This document shows positions 12,095 to 23,548 of a DNA stretch of 64,000 nt, in pieces. Where the stretch lies: NCBI GenBank assembly GCA_032718475.1, contig JAUCBJ010006077.1, positions 490-64,489 of the forward strand. Reading direction: 5' to 3'. This stretch comes from Nemertoderma westbladi (Eukaryota; Animalia; Xenacoelomorpha). The position numbers were made by a program, and so were the translations under genes. Below the pieces are notes generated by a model, which worked only from the letters and a program-made list of their open reading frames with translations, had not been told where the DNA came from and made no database searches. Positions within the stretch are counted from its first letter, which is position 1. Every line of letters begins with the position of its first letter.

Positions 12095-13125
12095 CTACTA
12101 CTACTACTAGGATCGGCATGCTGCATTGCAGCTGCATTATATATAATATTACATATATATTAAGAATGCTGTACCGACTTGTCGACAGAATTGCGCCGCC
12201 ACAACTCCCTATCACCCATGACATTTGCTAGATCATCCGCATCTTCAAGGCCAGTGTCCTTTAATATGCGTCTCAAGAAATTAATAGCTTGACCACCATG
12301 CTTATTCACTCCATGAGGCTGTCAAAGTACAAGATTATGTACTGGATGGTCCTCAAGGCGAAAGCAACGTCCTGCAAAGCGGAGGCGGTTCCGTTCAAGT
12401 TTCAAGCTAGGGGAGACTAATGGAACACCTCCAATGTTGTATAGAGTCTGGTTGGAAATGTGTTCATTGTACTTGACACAATGAACCCGGCGCAGCATTC
12501 TTGTGAAAGTGGCATCCAGAGATTTATACATTTATTATAGGAAGGGATCTAGGGGTCTTAACCTCGAATGATAAGTTTATTTTACCGAAATTGCCAACAC
12601 ATTGTTACTATCAATAATCCAGAGATTTGGTATTCTCTGCAGTTAGAGCCCAGCATGGACTCCTATATAAGAGTACTAGTACTACTACAGCCATAGATAA
12701 TATAACCTTAAGGTTCCCTTTTATTCTATGGGACTTCCAAATCCTGGACAGACTAATTAGCAGACCATGCCTTTCCCTTACGTATCCGAAGGTCTTCACC
12801 TGACTTTCGAATCCGTCATCCCAAGTAGCAGAAGTCATCCCCGTGCTCAAACAAGCCGTCCCTAGAGCTTATGCCCTTACGACTTACGATCGTACATTTC
12901 TTGAGGGCTGTCTAGGTTCACTGTCATAATTTTGGTCTTCTTGGAGTTTACAAAAAGACCAACACTAGAAGTAACCTGCTCCAATGAACAGATGAGCCTT
13001 TGGGCTCCCTCTAGTGATTCTGACAGTACTCCCAAGTCATCAGCAAAGTCTAGATCATTAACGTACTTTGCTGGAATTCATCTAATTCTTGTGCCATTAC
13101 TTTCACCATTCACCCCTACTGATCG
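12095..13125 (-). mobile_element. Degenerate 5'-truncated RTE LINE, same family as 56541-59195
   Basis: (CTA)n on plus strand = (TAG)n tail; same 3' UTR GGATCGGCATGCTGCATTGCAGCTGCATT; DFADD-region and RLRFAG homology with frameshifts. Confidence 0.85.
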
Positions 13126-13148
13126 TCTACATAGTCGAAATATCTCAC

Positions 13149-13360
13149 CTTCAATAATCCCGAACATTGAACCCAGTCCTAGTGAGAGAAGCATCAGGAA
13201 AAATATGATAGCCCAGAAAGGACCACTTTTACCGAACTGAGCCATAATCTCGGTGAAGGTCATGAAGGCGAGACCCGTTCCAGACACTGCTTCACTAAGG
13301 TAACTGGATATATTACACGATTTATAATCGGGCATGATAAACGTTTCAATTGAGTCATTA
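13149..13360 (-). CDS. SLC6 transporter exon 3 (last exon visible in window)
   Basis: Acceptor ttttgtag|T at 13361; SGTGLAFMTFTE...FFLMLLSLGLGSMFGIIE; donor G|GTGAG at 13148. Confidence 0.85.
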
Positions 13361-13688
13361 CTACAAAATAATGGAGTAGAAATATAATTAATATAGGCGT
13401 ACTATATACATACACTATGTATATAGTACGCCTTGGTTCCAACCCAATTAATTCAAGCTGTTAATTAATACCGTAGGACTACATTCTATTTTATATCGCC
13501 AAAAATTATGAACAGAACACGTTTTTTAAAATTTCCGCGTTATCTTTGTTTATTCATTGGTAACAACATCGCATATCAAGAGTTTTATTAAATGAATGAA
13601 AATAACGGATGGTTAAAGTGGACGGATAACTAACTTTATTCGATTCGATTATTCGATATTAACTTTACACAACACTATAAAGTGGCAT

Positions 13689-13785
13689 ACAGATTTAGGA
13701 TTTAGTAACAGATTTAGGATTTAGTAACAGATTTAGGATTGAGTAACAGATTTAGGATTTAGTAACAAATTTAGGATTTAGTACA
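13689..13785. repeat. 19-bp intronic tandem repeat (ACAGATTTAGGATTTAGTA) x~5
   Basis: Directly visible. Confidence 0.85.
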
Positions 13786-14104
13786 GGCCAAATATGAATT
13801 GTGTTTACTGTGAAGCCGCCTCTCGGTGAAACTAGATTGTAATTCTTAAAACTTTCCCTAAAGTTTTATAAAAGGATCTTCACTAGACTAGAGAGGCATT
13901 TCAAATTTGATAACATTTGACCTGAGCTATAACAGTTTAAATGTTAAAATGTTGGGTACAAGCGGTGGGAGCCAGAAGGGCAATGACGATTTGACCTGTA
14001 CTAAATGGTATGTTAATGCTCACTGACTTCGTGTATCCTCCCACATGTAAAATATAACTTTATATCTATGTACTTTTTTTACTTTACTATGAGATGTAAC
14101 TTAC

Positions 14105-15050
14105 GTTTCTATTTGCACTGTCTGTCCTGGAAGGGGCAGATCCGTGGTCCTATTCAACCGCTGTACTACGGGTAACTCCCATCGCTCGTCGAAACAGGCC
14201 TCCATCCTGAGATTCGCCTTGTATCCAACCACGGAGAAAACCACCACGGCGGCGTACATCGAAGTCATTGAGTTGGCGCAGCTTATCATCAGTGCGTCCA
14301 TGTAAAAGTTGTTGGTGGGCGGAAGATAGGAGGACATCGCAATGAGTCCACCGCCAGCCAGACTCAGAGTAAAAAATATCTGGGTGGCGGCCTGCAGCCA
14401 CACCTGGCTGTCCCCGATCTTAGAGAAATCAGGAGTGAACATGTGGGCCAAGCCATCGACGGCTCCAGGGAGGGTGACCCCCCGAACCAAGAAGATGGTG
14501 AGCACGAGGTAAGGGAAAGTCGCGGTGAAGTAAACAACCTTGCCGCTCGACTTTATACCTTTGATGACACAGATTGATACGATTACCCAAGTACATAGAT
14601 ATGTGAGCACAAGTTTCCAGCTTACGGCGCCGGTCTCCCCGATATCGGGGCTGATGTCCAACGTGTACCGATACCAGAAGTCCGCGGTAGGAGTAGTCCT
14701 TTGACAGTCCGAGTAAATTTTATCGTCCGTTCCGTTCCCCGGGCACTCTGCCCAAGGGAGAGGGTACTGGAAGGAGTGGAACAAATAGTAGAGGCACCAT
14801 GCCATTATGTTGTTGTAATAGACGGCAGTTAACCAGGAACACAGAACCATGGCGATTCCAATCCCGGCCATGAATGGGCTAATGTTTCCCCACGCCTGTA
14901 ACGGACCTCGACGGATTCTCTGCCCGATGCCCAACTCTATAATCATCAAAGGAATACCTTCGAGGAACAGCATGGTGAGGTACGGAACGAGGAACGCACC
15001 TCCGCCGTTCTTCTGCGCCAAGTAAGGAAACCGCCAGACATTACCCAAAC
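14105..15050 (-). CDS. SLC6 sodium-dependent neutral amino-acid transporter (SLC6A15/17-like), exon 2
   Basis: Acceptor ccgcag|GT at 15051; GLGNVWRFPYLAQKNGGGAFLVPY, KGIKSSGKVVYFTATFPY, WLQAATQIFF; donor AC|GTAAGT at 14104. Confidence 0.9.
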
Positions 15051-15271
15051 CTGCGGAAATACATAACCTACCGCTTTTATTGTATCCTTTAATAATAATG
15101 TATCTTTATTTTTACAATTACGTAATAAATATCGTTGTATATTTTATGTTTTTTATACTGGACTGGTACTAAAATATATTTACATGAAAATGACAGAATA
15201 ATATAATATGAAAATATCATTGTAAAGTATAATGTTCCTTTTTAAAATATTTACAACGACTGATCACTTAC

Positions 15272-15593
15272 CAACTGCGTATCCAATGACAGCGAGCAAA
15301 TACTGTACTTTATTATCCCACTGGGGTCTCCCTTCATTGTCATTGTCTTCTATTAACTTATCCTTCCCAGCTTTGCCTTTGGGTAACATATCCCTCTCAT
15401 CCAAGTCGATTTCGTTTAGAATAGCGGACTGGTTATCGTTTAAGGTCACCGGGTTCATTGTCTGCAGTTCGAAGTTTACTGAGGGAATACGGTAAACATC
15501 GGTGGGTGCGCGCTTCTCATCCAGGGCCCACATGGAGTGGACATCTTCAGCAGATAATACTCCGTTGAGTTTATTTATAGAACGCACCGACAT
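15272..15593 (-). CDS. SLC6 transporter exon 1
   Basis: ATG at 15593; RPQWDNKVQYLLAVIGYAV; donor G|GTAAGT at 15271, in frame with exon 2. Confidence 0.85.
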
Positions 15594-16809
15594 TATTATA
15601 GTTCAGTAGTAATGGGTTACATAGAAATTGAAACGACTAAGTCCAAATTGAGTTATCAGCAACAAACAATAAATATTGGAATTATATAGAACATGGGTTC
15701 ATTATATTACTATAAAACTAATCATACATACCATTGATTAAATGTATAGTAATTAATTAACATCAATAAGAAAGAGCATCATAAGTTGTGAAATTATCGA
15801 AATTATAGTATGAGAAGTCAGTGCAAATAATTGTTAAGAGTATTATTTTTGTTATTCAGTGATTTAACATAAGTTGAACGGCAAGTAGTCAGGCGTATTA
15901 GCCAGTAAATAATGTAACAAATATAATATTATTCGATTGTCATTCATACGTTTATACTCATCCAATATACAACAAGACAAAATTTCTGATACTTTGCCAG
16001 TGGGACGACCATATTACTTTGGATAATAAAGCCAAATAAGTTAATTACTTTACGTGGGCAATAATAAATAATAATATATACAAATAAATAAAAATGTTTA
16101 TTTGTGAGACAGGGGGGGGGGTCTGGACCCAAATAAAATAACGCTACCGGTATGTAAAATGAGCAAAGCTAGACTAAAATTAGCGGACAAATATACTACT
16201 CTACTACTACTGTATACATGCTTGCAAAATAGATACTGCGAAATACTATTATTATAATGTGAATGTGAAAAACTAACTAAAAAATTAACTAATTTGGGCT
16301 TGACGAATATTAGCGGGCGCGTGTTGTATGGGTGAATAGCTGACACAACAGGGTTGTCAAACTATTTGGTAGGACATCATGGGGAAGGATAGATACTATT
16401 GGGATACTTTAGACCTGATAAAAGTAACGTACTCTCGTCTTAATAAAGTCACTATAATGCTGCCACTATACACTGCTGATATGCTGATAATTTAACTTGT
16501 AATTGCGCAGAGCCAGCGTACTGCGGTACACTACCGGTACCGGTACCGGTACCCTACGAACAGTGACACAGGCAATTCTTACTAAAAATGCTGTTTTTAC
16601 AAGATAATTTATTTTTAGGATAATAATGCTTAAAAGAAGCCAATTATTGTTAGTTTAGAAAAAAAAAACAACCACAGTAATACAATACAATCAATAATAG
16701 AAGCTCCATACAATAATTATAACTCAAAGAATGCTTCCTTCAACCCACGAGGTAGGCCTATAGGGAATGTTTGTAAATACCAGTGTGAGCAAGTACTGAG
16801 TGTAGCCAT

Positions 16810-16955
16810 GTTTCCGTAGCAACCGATTGCTGAGAAGTAAGCCAGCTTGCAAGACAGGACGTAATTGCCATATAAGGGTTGGGTAATGACGTCAATGGTA
16901 CCAGTGCACGGGTGGCTGGGGCGTTGGCTGGCGGGGGGGGGGAGTAGTTAGCAAC
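16810..16955. promoter_or_regulatory. Putative cis-regulatory module upstream of SLC6
   Basis: X-box-like GTTTCCGTAGCAAC 16810-16823, CArG CCATATAAGG 16868-16877, CRE TGACGTCA 16887-16894 in a locally GC-richer patch. Confidence 0.35.
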
Positions 16956-17399
16956 CAGTATGATTCATGATTCATTATAGAGTTAGTTTCTTGTTTGAAA
17001 GAACTTCACTGTGTGTCTGATGCGATACCACATTCTATTGAAGGAAGTCATAATAAAAAGTAATAAATAATTACAATTTGGAAGGTCCATACTGGGTCCT
17101 TAATAAAGGAATTAATACTGGTTGCCTTACCGGTCGGTACCTTACATAACACCACGCCGTGCTAGCTGTTGAATATCCCTCGATATCGCCTAGAGAGATA
17201 GAGTAGTATAATGGGAGCCGAGCGTTTTCGGTAGCCGTTCCTATTGTGTGGAACTCGATGCAACGGGATGTCCGCGGTAACTCGTCAGTCACTCAAGTTA
17301 AAACTAACAAGTAGTAATCGCGTAGACATCCGCGTCTACTAAGGCATGAACTGTCTCCTTCTTGAATGTCATACTATCAATCTTATTACCAAAAAATTA

Positions 17400-17472
17400 A
17401 ACCGGAAAGCGGAATTGAACTCGGTACCTAGAGATTCCAAGTCCCACGCTCTACAAACTTCGCCACTGCGCC
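17400..17472 (-). pseudogene. tRNA-like sequence (SINE head or tRNA pseudogene)
   Basis: GGCGCAGTGGCGAAGTTTGTAGAGCG...GAGTTCAATTC with A/B boxes, but the acceptor stem does not pair. Confidence 0.5.
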
Positions 17473-17850
17473 GTATGAAGCCGTATTAAAACCAAAACCC
17501 AACTTGAAATTAACAACAAGAACGGAGTGAATACTAGAGGTCTCGCTACGCGGTTATGTTGAATTCATGTATGATGGATAATGGAGGCCATCAATAAAAA
17601 TTGTATTAATGATTTACCTTTATATCAAAAAATTAAAATGATCCACCATACAGCAGGAAAATTAACTTTTTATTACGCATTATTTAAATATTAAGTTGCG
17701 GCTTGATGTACTGGTTACATTCCTGGCCTTACAATCAGGTGGCCCTGGTTAGATCCCTAGATGGGGGCAGCACTGTTTGGGGACACTGCTTTAAATGCCT
17801 AGCGCAACCCCGGCTTGAAAACCAAGGCAACTTCGGATTTGGGAATCAGA

Positions 17851-19155
17851 ATGGAAGGGTTTACTGTGGAAGATCACCCATGGTGACGAACATGCATTCC
17901 TTTAGGAAACAGTGTGGAAGGGTTTATTGTGGAAGATCACCCATGGTGGTCAACAGGCATTCTTTTAGGAAACAGAGTGGAAGGGTTTACTGTGGAAGAT
18001 CACCCATGGTGGTGAACATGCATTCCTTTAGGAAACAGAGTGGAAGGGTTTACTGTGGAAGATCGGCCATGGTGGTGAACATACATTCCTTTAGGGAACA
18101 GAGTGGAAGGGTTTACTGTGGAAGATCACCCATGGTGGTGAACATACATTCCTTTAGGAAACAGAGTGGAAGGGTTTACTGTGGAAGATCACCCATGGTG
18201 GTGAACATAAATTCCTTTAGGAAACAGAGTGGAAGGGTTTACTGTGGAAGATCACACATGGTGGTGAACAGGAATTCCTTTAGGAAACATAGTGGGAGGG
18301 TTTACTGTGGAAGATCACCCATGGTGGTGAATAGGCATTCCTTTTGGAAACAGATTGGAATGGTTTACTGTGGTAGATCACCCATGGTGGTGAAGAGGCA
18401 TTCCTTTAAGAAACTGAGTGGAAGGGTTTACTATGGAAGATCGCCCATGGTGGTGAACAGGCATTCCTTTAAGAAACTGAGTGGAAGGGTTTACTATGGA
18501 AGATCACCCATGGTGGTGAACAGCATTCCTTTAGGAAACAGAGTGGAAGGGTTTACTGTGGAGGATCACCCATGGTGGTGAACAGGCATTCCTTTAGGAA
18601 AGAGAGTGGAAGGGTTTACTGTGGTAGATCACCCATGGTAGTGAACAGGCATTCCTTTAGGAAACAGATTGGAAGGGTTTACTGTGGAAGATCACACATG
18701 GTGGTGAACAGGCATTACTTTAGGAAACAGATTGGAATGGTCTACTGTGGAAGATCACCCATGGTGGTGAAGAGGCATTCCTTTTGGAAACCGATTGGAA
18801 GGGTTTACTGTGGAAGATCACCCATGGTGGTGAAGAGGCATTCCATTTGGAAGCAGATTGGAAGGGTTTACTGTGGAAGATCACCCATGGTGGTGAACAG
18901 GCATTCCTTTAGGAAACAGAGTGGAAGGGTTTACTGTGTAAGATCACCCATGGTGGTGAACTGGCTTTCCTTTAGGAAACAGAGTGAAAGGGTTTACTGT
19001 GGAAGATTACCCATGGTGGTGAACTGGCATTCCTTTAGGAAACAGAGTGGAAGGGTTTACTGTGGTAGTTCACACATGGTGGTGAACTGGCATTCCTTTA
19101 GGAAACAATGTGGAATAAGGGTTTACTGTGGAAGATCACCCATGGTGGTGAACAG
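17851..19155. repeat. 63-bp minisatellite, ~21 diverged copies
   Basis: Unit GGAAGGGTTTACTGTGGAAGATCACCCATGGTGGTGAACAGGCATTCCTTTAGGAAACAGAGT. Confidence 0.95.
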
Positions 19156-19242
19156 AGAACAGATATTCCTTTGGAAAACAGAAGACGACCATCTAGAGTT
19201 GGCCATTTGGTTGTGAATCACTGAATGACATTCGTAGGTGGT

Positions 19243-20414
19243 CCACGAAGCTAAGGAAAATCAACTACTTTCGCTAAGAAAGATTTTCCTTAGCTGAGAT
19301 GGTGTATTCATAGTGGGCCCTTTTACTTGTATGGAGCAGATTTAGTGTTTTTTTATTCCAGAAAAAACTAGCCTTTAAAAGTACCCTGAAATTTTGCATG
19401 TATATACAACTCATCATGGTGCATCGTGTGGGATGGGTCTCATATCCAGGAAAAATCTGGTTTCCATGGCAACGGACTTAGAAAAAAGTCTATGTATTTC
19501 AATGCAATATTTGTAACTCTATTGGTAGGAAAACTATAATACATATAAACTTAGGGTTTCTCAACACAACTATAAGGTCCATAGCAGAGCCGATTGAGGT
19601 TAAATAGAAAATCCAGTTACCTTGGCAACCGGGCTAAACAGATGTTAAAATTTTTAAAATGTTAATTTGAAGCCTAAGGTTAAGGTGTGATGACTTGGGA
19701 CCAATCCCTACCCCCACTATATAACTTATTCTGCGTCCGAATTTGATTGTTCTATTTTGCATTTACCATGACAACCGCTGAAAACATATGTTTTTATGCA
19801 AAAATTATTCATTTGGACATAGACTTCACGATAAAATTTTACGAAACTAGGTATGTGTTATCTGGACCACTAGTTGGAACTTTTAGTGAAACTCAAAACA
19901 TTCCAGAAATATCTAGTTACCATGGTAACTGTAGTTTATTAAAGTCTATATTGTTCAAGTCTATATTCATAACTCTATTTACACGTAGCAAAACTGTAAT
20001 ATATATAAACTTGGGGTTTTGCAACTCATCTATAAGGTCCATATCCAAGCCGTTCAAGGTTAATTAGAAAATCCAGTTACCATAGCAACAAGACTAAACA
20101 GATGTTAAAATTTATAAAATGATAATTTGAAGCACAAGTTAATAGTATTATGACTTGGGTTCTATTTTACTGCAAACAGATGCATTTTGATAGAAAATCG
20201 GTAATTTGGACAAAAACTACAATATTTTCTGAAACTCGGAAAGTGTTATCTGAACCACAATCTGGACTAAATCTTTTATGAAAGGTTAAACCAACATTTC
20301 CAGAGAACCCTAGTTTCCATGGGAATAGAAGTTAATTATTGGCAAATGCTACTAAACTAGGCTAAGCAACAAACCAAAGTGTGGCCGTTTGTTTAATTTT
20401 CCGTAGCTTCGTGG
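19243..20414. mobile_element. Non-autonomous TIR DNA transposon
   Basis: TIRs CCACGAAGCTAAGGAAAAT / ATTTTCCGTAGCTTCGTGG; internal duplication offset ~460 bp; repeated GTTNCC(A/T)TRGYAAC-type motifs; no clear TSD. Confidence 0.7.
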
Positions 20415-20529
20415 TTGCATTTCCTTTAGGAAATGCCTTTCTAGTATTTACAGTAGATGCATACTTGTGCTGCTATCGGAAGGGTTAGAATGGAGGTCAC
20501 CAACTCGATCTAACATGGATCCACGAAGT

Positions 20530-20720
20530 CCACGAAGCTAAGGAAAATCAACTACTTTCGCTAAGAAAGATTTTCCTTAGCTGAGATGGTCTATTCATAG
20601 TGGGCTATTTTACTTGTAAGGGGCAGATTAGTTTTTTTTGATAGGTGAAAAAACTAGCCTTTAAAAGTACCCTGAAATTTTGCATGTATATACTACTCGT
20701 CGAGGCGCATCTTTTGGACT
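20530..20720 (+). mobile_element. Second left end of the same TIR family
   Basis: ~190 bp nearly identical to 19243-19430, then diverges. Confidence 0.7.
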
Positions 20721-23548
20721 GGAAATGCCTTCAGCGAACGATACTTCTTGCAATCTTTGAACGCCTATATCTCAGCTGTTTCTCAACGAAATTCAGATAA
20801 TGTTACATATTTTGAATCCTTGCAGCGCAAGCTTTTTAATGATATGAAAAAATTACAACTAATGCGAAGAATGGCCACGACACGGAGGGTGCGATTTCAC
20901 AAAAGACACTTTTTTAAAACGCTTATAAAAAAATTTAAAGGCAAAATATAAAATTCCGGCTTCATGGGGTCATCGACGGTGAGTGGAACTAGTTTTGTTT
21001 CAAATTTCAAGCAATATGATAAAGATTTATAGAAAAATATGGGGGGGGGGGGGGGTCCGTGTCATCAGTAATGACACTGTATTACGGGACATGATATAAT
21101 ACTGTATTACAGGAATAGGCGGATACATACACATATCGGATCACACGACTGTACAGCTGTAGAGTCCATTACGGATCTCCTCTGTAATGTGACATCAGAC
21201 ATACTGTATCTACAGTACCATTCACGCAACCAGCATCTCAGTTTCATGTGTCAGTGTAACGCAGAGATGATCTCCTATCTGAGATTTATTTACTCAGTAA
21301 TTAATTTGCAACTGATTGAACAGATTTAGAATCGAAAGCGACGGGATTTGGATCAGACGACCGACCAAATGGGAACCAGGCAAATACATTAATCACATTC
21401 CACAATCACCTTAATTAATTAATGGGTTGCATTTCGTTCAATCCACAAATATCCATATATACATAGTTATTAGGTCCACAGAACGAAAACGAAGCTCGGT
21501 CCGAAACCATTACCGCAGTACATCACAACCACTCGACAAGTTAAACATCAAAAAGGTTATATTCCTTTAAGATTGATTTTCAAAACACGTTGCATTTATT
21601 TATTTATTAAATGCAACGTGTTTGGAAAATCAATTTCCATTGATATAAAATGGAGAGCAAAAACATGGCAGAAAGTGGTAGTAACCCTGATTAATTCGTT
21701 CGATCTCAGCAGTTGTTACAATCCTAACGCCACCTAGCGTCGGATTTGTTCAACTAACAACTAAATTCCAATAAAATCATTTCACTAACCGAGCTAGTGT
21801 TCCATGACCATGGCTAATGAAGCCAATTCAAAACGCCCTCTGTTAGGAACCGGGTTATTTCTCAGATACTTCAATTTCCCAAGCAGTATTGCATTTATTT
21901 GACCTGCCGACTTTGATGTCCTTTCAATGTATATTGACTAAAGTACTGCCGATAAGTTTTATCTTTGTCAAGAAAAAATCCGGTAAATTGGCTCATTGAT
22001 ATTTGAATAAACGTAACTGCGATAATACGAGATAATATGATATAATAATACACTCGAGAGTCGAGATATAGTATAAATCTTGAGTACTACTAATGAGGCA
22101 TTTGGTTGGTGTAGGGAGTTTAGTATTTATTATATATAGCGACTATGGGGTGAAACACTGTGCCACTGTGAGAACTGCCAAGCATGGCGAAGTGAAAAAC
22201 GTCAGCGCAAATATTAAATAAATGAAAATGAACAAAATGAAATATAGTTTTGTAGGGTTAAATTCTAATTATTATTAAAGGTAATATTAATATTGTTATT
22301 GGAATTTAATATATAATTATTTTAAATATATACCTCAATGATTTTCAATGTCAATTACTCTTAAAAATTTAATTAAAAATTGTTCCGTTGTTGACTTGCA
22401 TGTTTCGTTGAATCCAAGTTATCATTCTTACAAAATTTGTGAAACATTAAATCTACCAAATGTAGCTAATTATCAAACGCCCCCAGGAAAGAAGTTATTG
22501 TTGGAAATTCAGATGACAGGAGACGAGGGACAGATCCCTTGCCAAAGCGAACACTAACGAGCAAGTAAATATAGCTGCTATCAGCGAAACATAATGGCGA
22601 GGGAGATGTTATCACTGCGGGATGTGACTGATGTTCCCTCAGTGAAGAGTGCTCCCGAAATCATAGTTTATGGTCGAGGAGTTACTGTTAAGTGCGCCTC
22701 CGTAGCTAATAAGCTCTTCGCGGCTTGGCTTGAACTGGCCGGGCAAACAGCGACTAAGGCACGCACACCAGGGACAATTGAATCTGGGATAACATGTAGC
22801 AAGCAGCGCCCGTAATAAAGCATGACAAATGTTGGTGGACCACCTGCAAGGAGGTTGTGAGATACGGTGGGATTTTAATTCCATACGGTGTCAATTGTCA
22901 AAGCAGTGTAATTAGTGCGTTACTCATTTGATCCTGATTCTAATGTTAGGGAAATCCCCCCCCCCCCCCTCCTCCCGCATCTTAATTAATTTCGAACTAC
23001 ACAAATTTAAATAACACGAAAACTGTAAAATAAACAACCGATTAAAAACCAATCAGTCATTATTCAACTTCATAAAAGGCAATAATGCATACCATGTGCC
23101 ATGACCATAATACAATTGTATTTCCGATTTCATAACACAACATTTGTTTTGACAACAATTGTTGCCAAGTTAAATACAACCATGACTTTCAAAAAGTATA
23201 TTATATATACAGTATATAATATATCAAAGAATATAAAAAATGATACATTTTTCATGAATGCATTCAGTGATCCATTTCTTAATATGGTGGTGAATGGGAC
23301 TCATTGTCGGATTGTTAAGTAGGTCTATATACTTCTCTTTTTAGGGAAGAGCCGTAGTACATATGTAGTATATAGACCAAAGTAATATCTAAACTGTATT
23401 CTTTACTAAAACTCCTTCATCATCACCGCATTAATGGAACACCAAAATATGGCAGTACTCGTAAAAGATAACACTACTACAGTAGCGGAAGTCATTAAAA
23501 TGAAGACATCAGTTATTTTGTTATATTATTATTGTATTGATTGATGGC

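Noticed and set aside
22480-22880. Possible decayed endonuclease fragment (VNIAAISET*WRG)
   Set aside because: One weak motif with stops; not supportable without a search
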